From NCBI GenBank assembly GCA_913061505.1, contig CAJXSO010000012.1:1480-65479 (forward strand): a DNA stretch of 64,000 nt, written 5' to 3'. The DNA comes from an uncultured Lutimaribacter sp. GTDB taxonomy: Bacteria; Pseudomonadota; Alphaproteobacteria; Rhodobacterales; Rhodobacteraceae. Positions 29,231 through 41,323 of the stretch are shown piece after piece (positions within the stretch are counted from its first letter, which is position 1; every line of letters begins with the position of its first letter). Below the pieces are notes generated by a model, which saw nothing but the letters and a program-made list of their open reading frames with translations, made no database searches and was not told the DNA's origin. A program made the position numbers and the translations under genes.

Positions 29231-29961
29231 GGTTTGGCGCCTGTTTGGCAGCGGCCGTGATGCTGCTGCCTGCAGCGGGCCACGCGGCCTGCCGCATTGC
29301 TTTGCTGTTGGCGCTTGATATCTCCAGCTCGGTCGATGCGGGCGAGGATGCCCAGCAACGCCAAGGCCTGGCCGCGGCGCTGATGGCCCCCGATGTGGTG
29401 GCCGCAATCACCGCTGTGCCGGGCCAGGCTGTGGCGCTTTCGGTGTTTGAATGGAGCGGCCAACAGCAGCAAGATATCATGCTGGATTGGATGGTGCTGC
29501 AAAGCCCCGCCGATGTGCAAGCGGCATCTGCCTTTATTGCCGCCAGCCGCAGACCCTATGCAGAATTTTCTACCGCAATCGGGCAAATGCTGGTCTTTGC
29601 CGATGCCCAATTTCGCCGTGCGCCGCCCTGTGACCGCCAGGTTTTGGATGTGTCTGGTGACGGTGTGCATAACGACGGGCTATTGCCAGCCGATGCCTAT
29701 GCAGCGGGTATTTTGCCCGACGTCATGGTGAACGGCTTGCCGATTGTCGAACAAGACGACCGCGCGCTTGACCATGCAGCAGATGATGATTTGGTCAGCC
29801 ATTACCAAACCCAGTTGATCCGCGGTGCCGGCGCCTTTTTAATCCGTGCCGATGGGTTCGAAGATTACGAGCGCGCGATGCAACGCAAATTGCTGCGCGA
29901 GCTGACCATTCAGGTGGGTGCCTTGCAGCCCGGCGGCCCCCCCCAATCGCCGCATCAATAG
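29197..29961 (+). CDS. DUF1194 (vWA-like) domain protein, secreted
   Basis: LLLALDISSSVDAGEDAQQRQGL...FEWSGQQQQ...LDVSGDGVHNDG is typical of DUF1194. The start is uncertain: the track start overlaps the gloA 3' end, and a TTG near 29224 is possible. Confidence 0.7.
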   Translation: MGQHAQHWPLVRFGACLAAAVMLLPAAGHAACRIALLLALDISSSVDAGEDAQQRQGLAAALMAPDVVAAITAVPGQAVALSVFEWSGQQQQDIMLDWMVLQSPADVQAASAFIAASRRPYAEFSTAIGQMLVFADAQFRRAPPCDRQVLDVSGDGVHNDGLLPADAYAAGILPDVMVNGLPIVEQDDRALDHAADDDLVSHYQTQLIRGAGAFLIRADGFEDYERAMQRKLLRELTIQVGALQPGGPPQSPHQ

Positions 29962-30452
29962 ATATAGCGTATCTGCTCGCCCCAATACCGCTCTAGCCGT
30001 TTTAGGGTGTGGGCGATCTCGTCCAGCCCATCCAGCCCCACAACGCCCTTTTCCTGCAAGCCATCGGCGTGGCGGGCAAACAGGCGGGCGATCAGCTGGC
30101 GCACGTCACGGCCCTTTTGCGTCAGCCGCACCCGCACCGAGCGGCGATCAATCGCGCAACGCTGGTGGTGCATATAGCCGGTATCAACCAGTTTTTTCAG
30201 ATTGTAGCTGACATTCGAGCCCTGGTAATAGCCGCGGCTTTTCAATTCACCCGCCGTCACCTCGTTTTCGCCAATATTAAACAATAGCAGCGCCTGAACC
30301 GCGTTGATTTCTAAAATACCCACGCGTTCAAATTCATCCTTGATCACATCCAGCAGCAGCCGATGCAGGCGCTCAACCAAGGACAGCATTTCCAGATAGC
30401 TGCCCATAAACCCCTGTTGGGGCGCGGGCGCCAAATTTGTGTGAAGCGTCAT
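29955..30452 (-). CDS. MarR-like winged-helix transcription regulator (conserved alphaproteobacterial type)
   Basis: INAVQALLLFNIGENEVTAGELKSRGYYQGSNVSYNLKKLVDTGYMHHQRCAIDRRSVRVRLTQKG, a wHTH plus wing. Confidence 0.75.
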   Translation of the reverse strand: MTLHTNLAPAPQQGFMGSYLEMLSLVERLHRLLLDVIKDEFERVGILEINAVQALLLFNIGENEVTAGELKSRGYYQGSNVSYNLKKLVDTGYMHHQRCAIDRRSVRVRLTQKGRDVRQLIARLFARHADGLQEKGVVGLDGLDEIAHTLKRLERYWGEQIRYIY

Positions 30453-30516
30453 TCAGGTTCTCCGTCCGATACTGCTCGGAACAGGAAACTGACGCGCAAA
30501 CCCCAATATTCGGTAA

Positions 30517-32520
<2,004 letters not shown>

Positions 32521-32561
32521 GGTTAAGCTGGGGCAGGTATTTTTCTGGTGCGGATCTGGTC

Positions 32562-32966
32562 ATGACTTCCCCCCTGCCCCCCTATTATTTCCGCGTGCGT
32601 GAAAACGGCGCTGCGGTGTTTCGCGTGGATGCGCAAAATCGCCACCGCCAGGTGCAGATGGATCAGATCGCCGTGGTCAATATCCGCAATGGCGAGATCA
32701 AACCGCAAGGCGCTCACAAACTAAGCCCCCAGGATATGGCCGCAATCGATGAATGGATCAGCCAGCGCCGCGCGGTTTTGGCCCAGCGCGATATCGACGA
32801 CATCTTGCGCACGGTTGATCATTTGAACCTGACCACGCATTGGGCCCAAAGCCGCGCCAGTGATGCCCAGCTTGAGGCGGTAACAGATGCCTTGCTGCTG
32901 GCGATGCATGATTTGCGCAGCCTTTTGGTGCGCAAAAAGGCCGAACGCCTGGCGCCGCCCTCTTAG
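32562..32966 (+). CDS. Hypothetical protein (134 aa)
   Basis: ATG 32562 (MTSPLPPYYFRVRENGAAVFRVDAQ...). Balanced composition, no recognised family. Confidence 0.5.
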   Translation: MTSPLPPYYFRVRENGAAVFRVDAQNRHRQVQMDQIAVVNIRNGEIKPQGAHKLSPQDMAAIDEWISQRRAVLAQRDIDDILRTVDHLNLTTHWAQSRASDAQLEAVTDALLLAMHDLRSLLVRKKAERLAPPS

Positions 32967-34336
32967 GCGCCAGCCGCTGCATCTTGGGCCAACCGCCGCA
33001 GTGCGCGCGCCCAAAACCGGTGCATCATAAAGCCGCCCGCGCCCGCCAGCCCTACCGCCAGCCCCAGCCACACGCCAACACCGCCCCAGCCCAGCACAAA
33101 CCCGAAAACATAGCTTAGAGGCACCCCCACCAGCCAATAGCTGATGGCGGCGATCACCATGGGCACGCGGGTGTCTTGCACCCCGCGCAACAGCCCAAGT
33201 GCCATCACCTGCCCGGCATCGGCCAGCTGAAACAGCGCCGCCGCCGCCAACAGCGCGCTACCAAGGGCGATCACCGCAGCGCGGTCTGGGTCATCTGGGG
33301 CCACAAAAGCGCCCATCATTGGCCCCGGCACGGCAAGAAACAGCACCATCGTCAGCACAACCATGGCCAGCGACATGGCAATCACCACCTGCGCGCCCCG
33401 CCGCAGCCCAGCCATATCGCCGCGCCCCAGCGCCCGGCCCGCGCGCACCGTGGCCACATTCGACAGGCCCAGATGCACCATGAATGTGGCCGAGGTAATT
33501 TGCAGCGCAATCCCGTGGGCCGCCAATGGCAAGGTGCCCAGCCAGCCCAACATAACAGACGAGGCCCCAAACAGCGCCACCTCGGCCAAAGCGGTTATGC
33601 CAATCGGCCAGCCCAGCCGAAAAACCCGGCGCAGCGCCTCGGGATCGGCGCGCCAAAAGCGTTTGAACAGCGTATGTTCGGGTGTGGCCCATGCCGCATA
33701 GACCGACAGCAAAACCGCCGATACCGCCTGCACCGCCACCGAGGCCCAAGCCGCCCCGCGAATGCCCATTTCCGGCGCCCCCCAATGGCCAAATATCAGC
33801 GCGTAATTCACGAAAATATTCACCACCACCGCAGCCAATGTCACCCAAAGCACCATTTGCGTGCGCTCAAGCGCGGAAAGGTAGGATTTCAGCACCATCA
33901 CCAACAGCGCCGGGAAAATACCCCAGCCCGCAATACGCAGATAATCTTGCGCGCCCTCTGCCACCACAGCGCTTTGGCCCAAGCCGCGCAACACCCCGCC
34001 CGACCACCAAAACAGCGGCATGCTGGCCAGCCCAAAGGCCACCGAGATCCACATCGCCATGCGGGTGACGCGGCGCACCTCGCGCGGGCGGCCCGCGCCC
34101 TCGGCCTCGGCCACCATGGGCATCACCGCCCAGGCAAAGCCCGAGCCAAAGATGAACAGCACGAAAAACAACATGCCACCCAGCACTTGTTGGGCCAGCA
34201 CCTCGATATCATACCAGCCCAGCATGATGGCATCCGTCATGGTGACGGCAAATTGCGCCAAATGGCTGCCAATCAAGGGCAAGCCAAGGGTCAAAATGGC
34301 CCGGCTATGTGCGGCGATGCTGTTTGGGTGGCTCAT
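32963..34336 (-). CDS. MATE-family efflux transporter
   Basis: 457 aa from ATG 34336 (MSHPNSIAAHSRAILTLGLPLIGSHLAQFAVTMTDAIMLGW), 12 TM, duplicated MATE halves. Confidence 0.85.
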   Translation of the reverse strand: MSHPNSIAAHSRAILTLGLPLIGSHLAQFAVTMTDAIMLGWYDIEVLAQQVLGGMLFFVLFIFGSGFAWAVMPMVAEAEGAGRPREVRRVTRMAMWISVAFGLASMPLFWWSGGVLRGLGQSAVVAEGAQDYLRIAGWGIFPALLVMVLKSYLSALERTQMVLWVTLAAVVVNIFVNYALIFGHWGAPEMGIRGAAWASVAVQAVSAVLLSVYAAWATPEHTLFKRFWRADPEALRRVFRLGWPIGITALAEVALFGASSVMLGWLGTLPLAAHGIALQITSATFMVHLGLSNVATVRAGRALGRGDMAGLRRGAQVVIAMSLAMVVLTMVLFLAVPGPMMGAFVAPDDPDRAAVIALGSALLAAAALFQLADAGQVMALGLLRGVQDTRVPMVIAAISYWLVGVPLSYVFGFVLGWGGVGVWLGLAVGLAGAGGFMMHRFWARALRRLAQDAAAGA

Positions 34337-34531
34337 AAACACAGCCTTAATCTGCGCGGGCGTATCAGGGCAATATGCTGCTTGAATAAGCACAGCGAAA
34401 AAGATCATTGAAAATCCAAACACAACCCTAACTGCAGCATTGATTACAGCCGCAAATGCCGCCATCCTGGGGGGCAAAACGAAAACAGACGCGAAAACAA
34501 GCACGGGACAAATACGGGAGCGGGCAGGAAA

Positions 34532-35011
34532 TTGGGGCAATTGGCGGGCATAACAAGCGTTCAAAACGGGGTCACACAGCCGCCGGCGCTCCCGCAGGCC
34601 ATGGCGCTTTGCTTTCGCACCACCAAGAAAAAAGTGCAGGTGCTGTTGGTCACATCCCGCGGCACCGGGCGCTGGCTGTTGCCCAAGGGCTGGCAGGTGC
34701 CAGGCAAATCACTGGCCGAAAGCGCCGCCCAAGAAGCCTGGGAAGAGGCCGGCGCAAAGGGGCAGGCGGAAGATGTGCTGTTGGGCAGCTTTGCCTATTT
34801 CAAATGGCAAGATGACCGCCGGTTTGTGCCCTGCATCGGCCATGTTTATCCCTTACATGTCAAAGGACTGGCCGATAAATTCCCCGAGGCCGGGCAACGC
34901 CGCCGCAAATGGTTTGGCCTGAAAAAGGCCGCATCCAAACTGGATGATCCGGAATTGGCACGCATCGTGCTGGCCTTTGATCCCAAAAAGCTGAAGGCCG
35001 GCACAGCTTGA
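34532..35011 (+). CDS. NUDIX hydrolase
   Basis: WLLPKGWQVPGKSLAESAAQEAWEEAGAKG matches the Nudix box GX5EX7REUXEEXGU in relaxed form. The start is uncertain (34532 or ATG 34601). Confidence 0.75.
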   Translation: MGQLAGITSVQNGVTQPPALPQAMALCFRTTKKKVQVLLVTSRGTGRWLLPKGWQVPGKSLAESAAQEAWEEAGAKGQAEDVLLGSFAYFKWQDDRRFVPCIGHVYPLHVKGLADKFPEAGQRRRKWFGLKKAASKLDDPELARIVLAFDPKKLKAGTA

Positions 35012-35062
35012 ACTTTCTGGCCAGACAGATATGTACCTTTGTCATTGGCAAGGCGGCAGGAC

Positions 35063-35542
35063 ATGATCCAGTTTTCCCTGAAATGCGCCGAAGGGCACCG
35101 GTTTGACAGCTGGTTTCAATCGGCCTCGGCTTTTGAGAAACTACAAGGCGCAGGCATGGTCAGCTGCGCGATATGCGGCTCGGGCAACGTTGAAAAGGCG
35201 TTGATGGCCCCGCGCGTGCGCCCTGCCCGCAAAGCCGCCGACGCCGCCCCGCCGCCCACGCCCGCCACTGAGGGCGGGCCAAAGGCCGCAGCGGCACCCG
35301 GCGCCCTGACACAGCCCGCCACCCCGGCCGAACAGCACTTGGCCGAACTGCGCCGAAAGATCGAACAAAACTCCGATTATGTCGGCATGAATTTCGCAAA
35401 AGAGGCCCGTGCAATGCACGATGGCACCGCCCCCGAACGCGCCATCTATGGCGAGGCCCGGCCCGAAGAGGCGCGCAAACTGTTGGAAGACGGCATTCCC
35501 GTGGCGCCCCTGCCCTTTATTCCGGGCCGAAAAACCAACTAA
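35063..35542 (+). CDS. DUF1178-family protein (zinc-ribbon-like N-terminus)
   Basis: MIQFSLKCAEGHRFDSWFQSASAFEKLQGAGMVSCAICGSGNVEKALMAPRV is the characteristic DUF1178 N-terminus. Confidence 0.75.
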   Translation: MIQFSLKCAEGHRFDSWFQSASAFEKLQGAGMVSCAICGSGNVEKALMAPRVRPARKAADAAPPPTPATEGGPKAAAAPGALTQPATPAEQHLAELRRKIEQNSDYVGMNFAKEARAMHDGTAPERAIYGEARPEEARKLLEDGIPVAPLPFIPGRKTN

Positions 35543-35564
35543 CGCAAAACGCAAGGAGAGCGCC

Positions 35565-36212
35565 ATGCATGCAGTGATCACAGGGGCCAGCCGCGGCATT
35601 GGCCGTGCCCTGGCCGATCTATACCAAACCCGCGGCGCGCAGGTGACAGGCACCAGCCGCGCGGGCGGGAACGGCTTGCAGGCGCTTGATGTCAGCGATG
35701 CGGGCGCATTTGCAGGCTTTGCCGCGGCACTGGCCGGCCAGCCGGTGGATTTGCTGGTATGCAACGCCGGTATTTACCCCGACAAGGGCCACACCCTGGC
35801 CGATGGCTACCCGGCACAGATGTGGGCCGATGCCTTTGCCACCAATGTAACCGGGGTATTTTTGACCATCCAGTCATTGCTGCCCAATCTGCAACTGTCC
35901 AAAGCCCCCAAAATTGCCATCATTTCCAGCCAGATGGCCAGCGATACGCGCGCGCCCGGCGGCAGCTATATCTACCGCGCCTCTAAGGCTGCGGTGTTGA
36001 ACCTTGGGCGCAATCTGGCGGTGGATCTGCGCCCCTTGGATATTGCGGTGGGCATCTATCACCCGGGCTGGGTGCAAACAGATATGGGCGGTGCTGCCGC
36101 CGATATCACCGTAGATCAGGCCGCCCAAGGGCTGGCTGCGCGCTTTGACGCGCTGGATATGGCAGATAGCGGGTGTTTTCGCACCTGGGCGGGCGATGAG
36201 CACCCGTTCTAG
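35565..36212 (+). CDS. Short-chain dehydrogenase/reductase (CsgA/C-factor-like SDR)
   Basis: ATG 35565. TGASRGIG cofactor motif, NAG, catalytic YRASKAA. Confidence 0.8.
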   Translation: MHAVITGASRGIGRALADLYQTRGAQVTGTSRAGGNGLQALDVSDAGAFAGFAAALAGQPVDLLVCNAGIYPDKGHTLADGYPAQMWADAFATNVTGVFLTIQSLLPNLQLSKAPKIAIISSQMASDTRAPGGSYIYRASKAAVLNLGRNLAVDLRPLDIAVGIYHPGWVQTDMGGAAADITVDQAAQGLAARFDALDMADSGCFRTWAGDEHPF

Positions 36213-36338
36213 CGCCGCCATATTGTGGCGCCCGGGCCCGCGCACAACCGCCATGGCGCCGCAGCCGCTGAATCGCGGCTTGCCCTTTTGCGCCGGGCAT
36301 CATAAACCCCGCCGCAACCTTTTGGTTGGGGGAATCTG

Positions 36339-37595
36339 ATGCCCATTTTGGTAATGAAATTCGGTGGCACCTCGGTTGCCACACTAGACCGCATCCGCCG
36401 CGCCGCAAAACGCGTGGGCATGGAGGTTGCCAACGGCTATGACGTGATCGTCATCGTCTCGGCCATGTCGGGCGAAACGAACAAGCTGGTGGGCTATGTC
36501 AGCGAAACCTCACCGCTTTATGACGCGCGCGAATATGATGCCGTGGTCAGCTCGGGCGAGAATGTCACCGCCGGGCTGATGGCGCTGACCTTGCAGGAAA
36601 TGGGCGTGCCCGCGCGCAGCTGGCAGGGCTGGCAAGTGCCGATCAACACCACCTCGGCCCATAGCGCTGCGCGTTTCATCGATATTCCACGCGACAATAT
36701 CGATGCAAAATTCGCCGAAGGGTTTAAAGTGGCGGTTGTGGCCGGGTTCCAAGGCGTCAGCGCCGAGGGGCGGATTACCACGCTGGGGCGCGGCGGCTCG
36801 GATACAACGGCGGTGGCCTTTGCCGCGGCCTTTGGGGCGGAACGCTGCGATATCTACACCGATGTCGATGGCGTTTACACCACCGATCCGCGGATCAGCT
36901 CGAAGGCCCGCAAATTGGATAAGATCGCTTTCGAGGAAATGCTGGAATTGGCCAGCCTTGGGGCGAAAGTGCTGCAAACCCGTTCGGTAGAACTGGCGAT
37001 GCGCTATAATGTAAAGCTGCGCGTGCTCAGCTCGTTCGAGGAACCTTCAGAGGGCGCGGGAACGCTGGTCTGCGCCGAGGAGCTTATTATGGAATCCAAA
37101 GCAGTTTCGGGTATCGCCTTTTCGCGCGACGAGGCGAAAATGACCGTTGTCACCATCGAAGACCGCCCCGGCATTGCCGCCGCTATTTTCGGCCCCCTGG
37201 CCGAGGCGGGGGTGAATGTGGACATGATCGTGCAAAACGTCTCCGAGCAGGGCTATCAAGGCCACAAAGAAGGCGTGACCGACATGACCTTTAGCTGCCC
37301 GATCGACCAGCTGAAGCGCGCGGAAAAAGCGCTGCTGGATGCGCGCGATGCCGGCATGATCAAGTTTGATCGCCTAGAGGCCGATACCGACGTGTGCAAA
37401 GTGTCGGTTGTGGGCATCGGCATGCGCAGCCATGCGGGCGTGGCATCGAAAATGTTTGAAACCCTGTCGAACGAGGGCATCAACATCAAGGTGATCGCCA
37501 CTTCGGAAATCAAAATTTCCGTGCTGATTGATCGCAAATATATGGAACTGGCCGTGCAGGCCCTGCACGACGCCTTCGAGCTGGAAAAGGCCTGA
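36339..37595 (+). CDS. lysC: Aspartate kinase
   Basis: MPILVMKFGGTSVA..., VVSAMSGETNKL, and two C-terminal ACT domains. 418 aa. Confidence 0.95.
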   Translation: MPILVMKFGGTSVATLDRIRRAAKRVGMEVANGYDVIVIVSAMSGETNKLVGYVSETSPLYDAREYDAVVSSGENVTAGLMALTLQEMGVPARSWQGWQVPINTTSAHSAARFIDIPRDNIDAKFAEGFKVAVVAGFQGVSAEGRITTLGRGGSDTTAVAFAAAFGAERCDIYTDVDGVYTTDPRISSKARKLDKIAFEEMLELASLGAKVLQTRSVELAMRYNVKLRVLSSFEEPSEGAGTLVCAEELIMESKAVSGIAFSRDEAKMTVVTIEDRPGIAAAIFGPLAEAGVNVDMIVQNVSEQGYQGHKEGVTDMTFSCPIDQLKRAEKALLDARDAGMIKFDRLEADTDVCKVSVVGIGMRSHAGVASKMFETLSNEGINIKVIATSEIKISVLIDRKYMELAVQALHDAFELEKA

Positions 37596-37628
37596 TCCCG
37601 CCCACAGCTTGGCGGAAGATTGGGGGAA

Positions 37629-37652
37629 AGCGTCGCATTTTGCGGCGCTTTT
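37629..37652 (+). terminator. Rho-independent terminator after lysC
   Basis: AGCGTCGC-ATTTT-GCGGCGCT (8-bp stem with one G-T pair) followed by TTTCGCCTTTTT. Confidence 0.6.
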
Positions 37653-37801
37653 CGCCTTTTTGGCGAATGGCCTGTTCTTTTTCAGCCCAGTTTACCGCTA
37701 CCACGTGAAATTCCCGTTTCGCTTGGCCCAACCTTGTGGTCTATGGTTTGCGTCGGCAGGCCACGGCCCTGCCGAATAGTGATCGGGGGAAACTGCGCGC
37801 C

Positions 37802-40045
37802 ATGCAGGAAAGAACAGAAAGCGAAAGCAGGAAACTGCTGGGCCGCCTGCGCGACACCATGGCAGACGAGGCAGCAGGCCAAGAGCGGCTGGATAAAATC
37901 ACCCATCTGATTGCCGATTCGATGGGCACCGAAGTGTGCTCGATCTACCTGTTTCGCGATGACGAAACCCTGGAACTATGCGCAACCGAGGGCCTAAACC
38001 CCCAAGCCGTGCACCAAACGCGCATGCGCCTGGGCGAGGGGCTGGTGGGCCGCGTGGCGCGGGCCGGAAAAATCATCAACACCGCCGATGCACCTGCGGA
38101 AAAGGGCTTTCGCTATATGCCCGAAACCGGCGAGGAAATTTATTCCAGTTTCCTCGGCATCCCGATCCAGCGCCTGGGCGAAAAACTGGGCGTGTTGGTG
38201 GTGCAATCGAAACAGGCGCGCCAATATTCCGCGGATGAAATTTACGCGCTGGAAGTGGTGGCCATGGTCTTGGCCGAAATGACCGAACTGGGCGCCTTTG
38301 TGGGCGAAGGTGCAGCACTAAAGGCGCGCCACCAACAGCCGGTTCTGTTTCGTGGCACCACCGGCCAAGAGGGGGCCGCGCGTGGCCATGTCTGGCTGCA
38401 CGAACCGCGCGTGGTTATTTCCAACCCCGTGGCCGAAGACCCGCTGCGCGAACGCGAACGCCTGCGCGAGGCGGTGGATCAGCTGCGCGTGGGTGTCGAT
38501 CAAATGCTGGCCGGGGCCAGCAGCGGCGACAAAGAACAGCTAGAGGTGCTGGAAGCCTACCGGATGTTTGCCAACTCGAAAGGGTGGATGCGCCGGATGG
38601 AGGAAGATATCGACCGCGGCCTTTCTGCCGAAGCTGCGGTGGAAAAAGAGCAATCCTCTGCACGCGCGCGCATGTCGCAGGTCAGCGATGCCTATCTGCG
38701 CGAGCGCCTGCATGATCTGGATGATTTATCCAACCGGCTTTTGCGCATTTTGACCGGCCAAGGCAGCGAAACGGGGGCAGAAATGCCCGCCGACCCCATT
38801 TTGATTGCCCGCAATATCGGCCCTGCCGAATTGCTGGATTATGGCCGCAGCCTGAAAGGCATCGTGCTGGAAGAGGGCTCGGTCGGCTCGCACGCAGCCA
38901 TCGTTGCGCGGGCCCTGGCCATTCCGCTGGTGATCCATTGCGCGCGCATCACCACCGAGGCGCTGAACGGCGATCATATCATGGTGGATGGCGATCAAGG
39001 CGTGGTGCATCTGCGCCCCGATGATACGGTGGCGGCCGCGTTTTTAGACAAAATCGCCATGCAGGCCAAAGCGCAAGAGCGCTACGCCTCGATCCGCGAT
39101 GTGCCCGCCGAAACCCGCTGCGGCAAAACCATCGGCCTGCAGATGAACGCCGGGCTGATGGCCGATCTGCCCAGCCTCGATGGCTCGGGCGCCGAGGGGG
39201 TGGGCCTGTTTCGCACCGAATTGCAATTTCTGGTGCGGAACCAGATGCCCAAACGCTCGGAATTATCGGCGCTTTATTCGCGCGTTCTAGATGCGGCAAA
39301 GGGCAAGCGCGTGGTGTTTCGCACGCTTGATATCGGCTCGGACAAGGTGCTGCCCTATATGAAGCCCACCGACGAGCCGAACCCGGCCTTAGGCTGGCGC
39401 GCCATTCGTGTGGGGCTGGACAAGCCCGGCGTGCTGCGCATGCAGCTGCAGGCCTTGCTGCGCGCCGCCGATGGGCGGCCCTTGTCGGTGATGTTTCCCT
39501 TTGTGGCGCAGTTTGAAGAATACCGCCAGGCGCGCGCCGAAATGGACAAAGCCATCGACCGCGAGCGCCGCTTGGGCCACCCCCTGCCTGCGCAGCTGGA
39601 TATCGGTGCCATGCTGGAAACCCCCAGCCTGGCCTTTGCCCCCGATGCGTTTTTCCAAGAGGTGGGGTTCCTGTCGATTGGCGGCAACGACCTAAAGCAG
39701 TTTTTCTTTGCCGCCGACCGCGAGAACGAGCGCGTGCGCCGCCGCTACGACACGCTGAATGTCAGCTTTCTCAGCTTTCTCGAACAGATCGTGCAGCGCT
39801 GTCAGGCCTCGGATACGCCGCTTAGCTTTTGTGGCGAGGATGCAGGCCGCCCCATCGAGGCGGTGTGCCTTGCCGCCATCGGCATTCCCACGCTGTCGAT
39901 GCGGCCTGCCTCGATCGGCCCGGTGAAACATATGCTGCGCCGGGTTGATCTGGGCCATGTGCGCCAGCTGATCCATCGCGCGCGCGACAATGGCCAGCAA
40001 TCGGTGCGCGAGGATGTCACCGACTATATCCGCACCCTGCCCTAA
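37802..40045 (+). CDS. ptsP: Phosphoenolpyruvate-protein phosphotransferase of the nitrogen PTS (EI-Ntr, GAF-containing)
   Basis: N-terminal GAF domain (VCSIYLFRDDETLELCATEGL...). EI core with GSHAAIVARALAIPLV (active-site His) and a C-terminal PEP-utilising TIM barrel (LSIGGNDLKQF). Start chosen at ATG 37802. Confidence 0.9.
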   Translation: MQERTESESRKLLGRLRDTMADEAAGQERLDKITHLIADSMGTEVCSIYLFRDDETLELCATEGLNPQAVHQTRMRLGEGLVGRVARAGKIINTADAPAEKGFRYMPETGEEIYSSFLGIPIQRLGEKLGVLVVQSKQARQYSADEIYALEVVAMVLAEMTELGAFVGEGAALKARHQQPVLFRGTTGQEGAARGHVWLHEPRVVISNPVAEDPLRERERLREAVDQLRVGVDQMLAGASSGDKEQLEVLEAYRMFANSKGWMRRMEEDIDRGLSAEAAVEKEQSSARARMSQVSDAYLRERLHDLDDLSNRLLRILTGQGSETGAEMPADPILIARNIGPAELLDYGRSLKGIVLEEGSVGSHAAIVARALAIPLVIHCARITTEALNGDHIMVDGDQGVVHLRPDDTVAAAFLDKIAMQAKAQERYASIRDVPAETRCGKTIGLQMNAGLMADLPSLDGSGAEGVGLFRTELQFLVRNQMPKRSELSALYSRVLDAAKGKRVVFRTLDIGSDKVLPYMKPTDEPNPALGWRAIRVGLDKPGVLRMQLQALLRAADGRPLSVMFPFVAQFEEYRQARAEMDKAIDRERRLGHPLPAQLDIGAMLETPSLAFAPDAFFQEVGFLSIGGNDLKQFFFAADRENERVRRRYDTLNVSFLSFLEQIVQRCQASDTPLSFCGEDAGRPIEAVCLAAIGIPTLSMRPASIGPVKHMLRRVDLGHVRQLIHRARDNGQQSVREDVTDYIRTLP

Positions 40046-40069
40046 GCCTGCCCTAACCCCCTGCCCTAG
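40037..40069. repeat. Three copies of CTGCCCTA(A/G) spanning the ptsP stop and the P450 stop
   Basis: CTGCCCTAA (40037-45, contains the ptsP TAA), CTGCCCTAA (40048-56), CTGCCCTAG (40061-69, overlaps the minus-strand P450 stop at 40066-68). Confidence 0.8.
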
Positions 40070-41232
40070 GCGCGGGTCAGCCGCACAGGCACCCGCAATG
40101 GCCCGCGAAAGGCCCAGCCGCCAAATGGGGCGGGCCCGTCCAGCGCCATATCGGGAAAGGCATCAAACAGCATCGGCAGGGCAATTTCGGCAATCAAACA
40201 GCGCGAAGCCCAGGCGCCGGCGCAAAAATGGGGGCCTGCGCCAAATGAAATGGCGGGGCCTGTATCGCGGCTGGGGTCAAACACATCGGGGGCTGCGAAA
40301 ACCGCCTCGTCGCGATTGCCGGACCCAAACATGAAAAACAGCCGGTCGCCGGGGCTGACATGAACACCTTCGAACTGGTGCTCTTGCGCGATGCGGCGCG
40401 GCGACATGCCGATGGGGCTGATCCAGCGGGCATATTCTTCGAAAACCTGCATCCATGTGATCTGGCCCTGGCGCAGCGCCGCGTGCCATTGGGGGTGGCT
40501 AAGCACCGCCCAGGCGGCCCCGGCAATGGCATCGCGCGGCTCGTTCTGGCCACCGGAAATAGCCAGTTTTACATTGGCGCGCATCTGCGCTTCGGGCAGT
40601 CCTGCCTGCATTTGAACCGAAATCAGCGAATGGTCGGGCTGGGCCAAAAGCGCAGGCAGGCGATCGCTGATGTGGCGATCGATCGAGGCGGTGCAATCGT
40701 TGCAGCGCGCCGTCACGGCCGGGTCGCCGGCGTAATTGGCGCAGCCATCGATCATGCCCTGGCTGACCCTATCCATTTCGGCCCAATCCATATTGGTCAG
40801 CCCCGTCATGGCCTTTAACGCCTCGGCACTGGCCTGCATGGCATAATCGCGCACCAGATCGGCCCGTTCCTGCCCCTGCAGCCCCGCCAAGGCCCGCGCC
40901 GCGCCTTCGGCAAATTGGGCCTTCCAGACGTTTTGAACCGTTTTGGGCGAGACCGTGGGGAAAATGGCGCGGCGTTCGGCCATATGCGGGGCGCCGTCTT
41001 TGCGCATCATATTTTCGCCCATCAGCTGGCTCATCAGCCCCTCGGGCTGATGCGAGGAAAATATATCGATCTGTTTTTCATAGGTAAAAATGGCATCGCG
41101 GCGCGTCACCAAAGTGGCCCCCAGCTGGGGCACATAGCACACAGGCGCCTGTGCACGCATCGCGGCCAGATCGGGGTAGGGATCGTGCCAAAATTGCTGC
41201 GGGTCGATATCAAAGCGGGGTGCGTTGCTCAT
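40066..41232 (-). CDS. Cytochrome P450
   Basis: Haem-loop FGAGPHFCAGAWASR, an ExxR-type region and an I-helix AGAAWAV. Start re-anchored to ATG 41232 (MSNAPRFDIDPQQFWHDPYPDL). No ferredoxin or reductase gene adjacent. Confidence 0.9.
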   Translation of the reverse strand: MSNAPRFDIDPQQFWHDPYPDLAAMRAQAPVCYVPQLGATLVTRRDAIFTYEKQIDIFSSHQPEGLMSQLMGENMMRKDGAPHMAERRAIFPTVSPKTVQNVWKAQFAEGAARALAGLQGQERADLVRDYAMQASAEALKAMTGLTNMDWAEMDRVSQGMIDGCANYAGDPAVTARCNDCTASIDRHISDRLPALLAQPDHSLISVQMQAGLPEAQMRANVKLAISGGQNEPRDAIAGAAWAVLSHPQWHAALRQGQITWMQVFEEYARWISPIGMSPRRIAQEHQFEGVHVSPGDRLFFMFGSGNRDEAVFAAPDVFDPSRDTGPAISFGAGPHFCAGAWASRCLIAEIALPMLFDAFPDMALDGPAPFGGWAFRGPLRVPVRLTRA

Positions 41233-41323
41233 GCTGGTCCTCCCGCACACAGGCTGGGCAAATTGCCCCACCTTTGCAAGCGCCATCGCACCCCCCTTTG
41301 CAAACGCCTTTGCATCAGCCCCC

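Noticed and set aside
33176-34411. 411-aa ORF antisense to the MATE transporter gene
   Set aside because: Extremely His/Gln/Arg/Pro-rich with no domain. The MATE gene on the minus strand explains the region.
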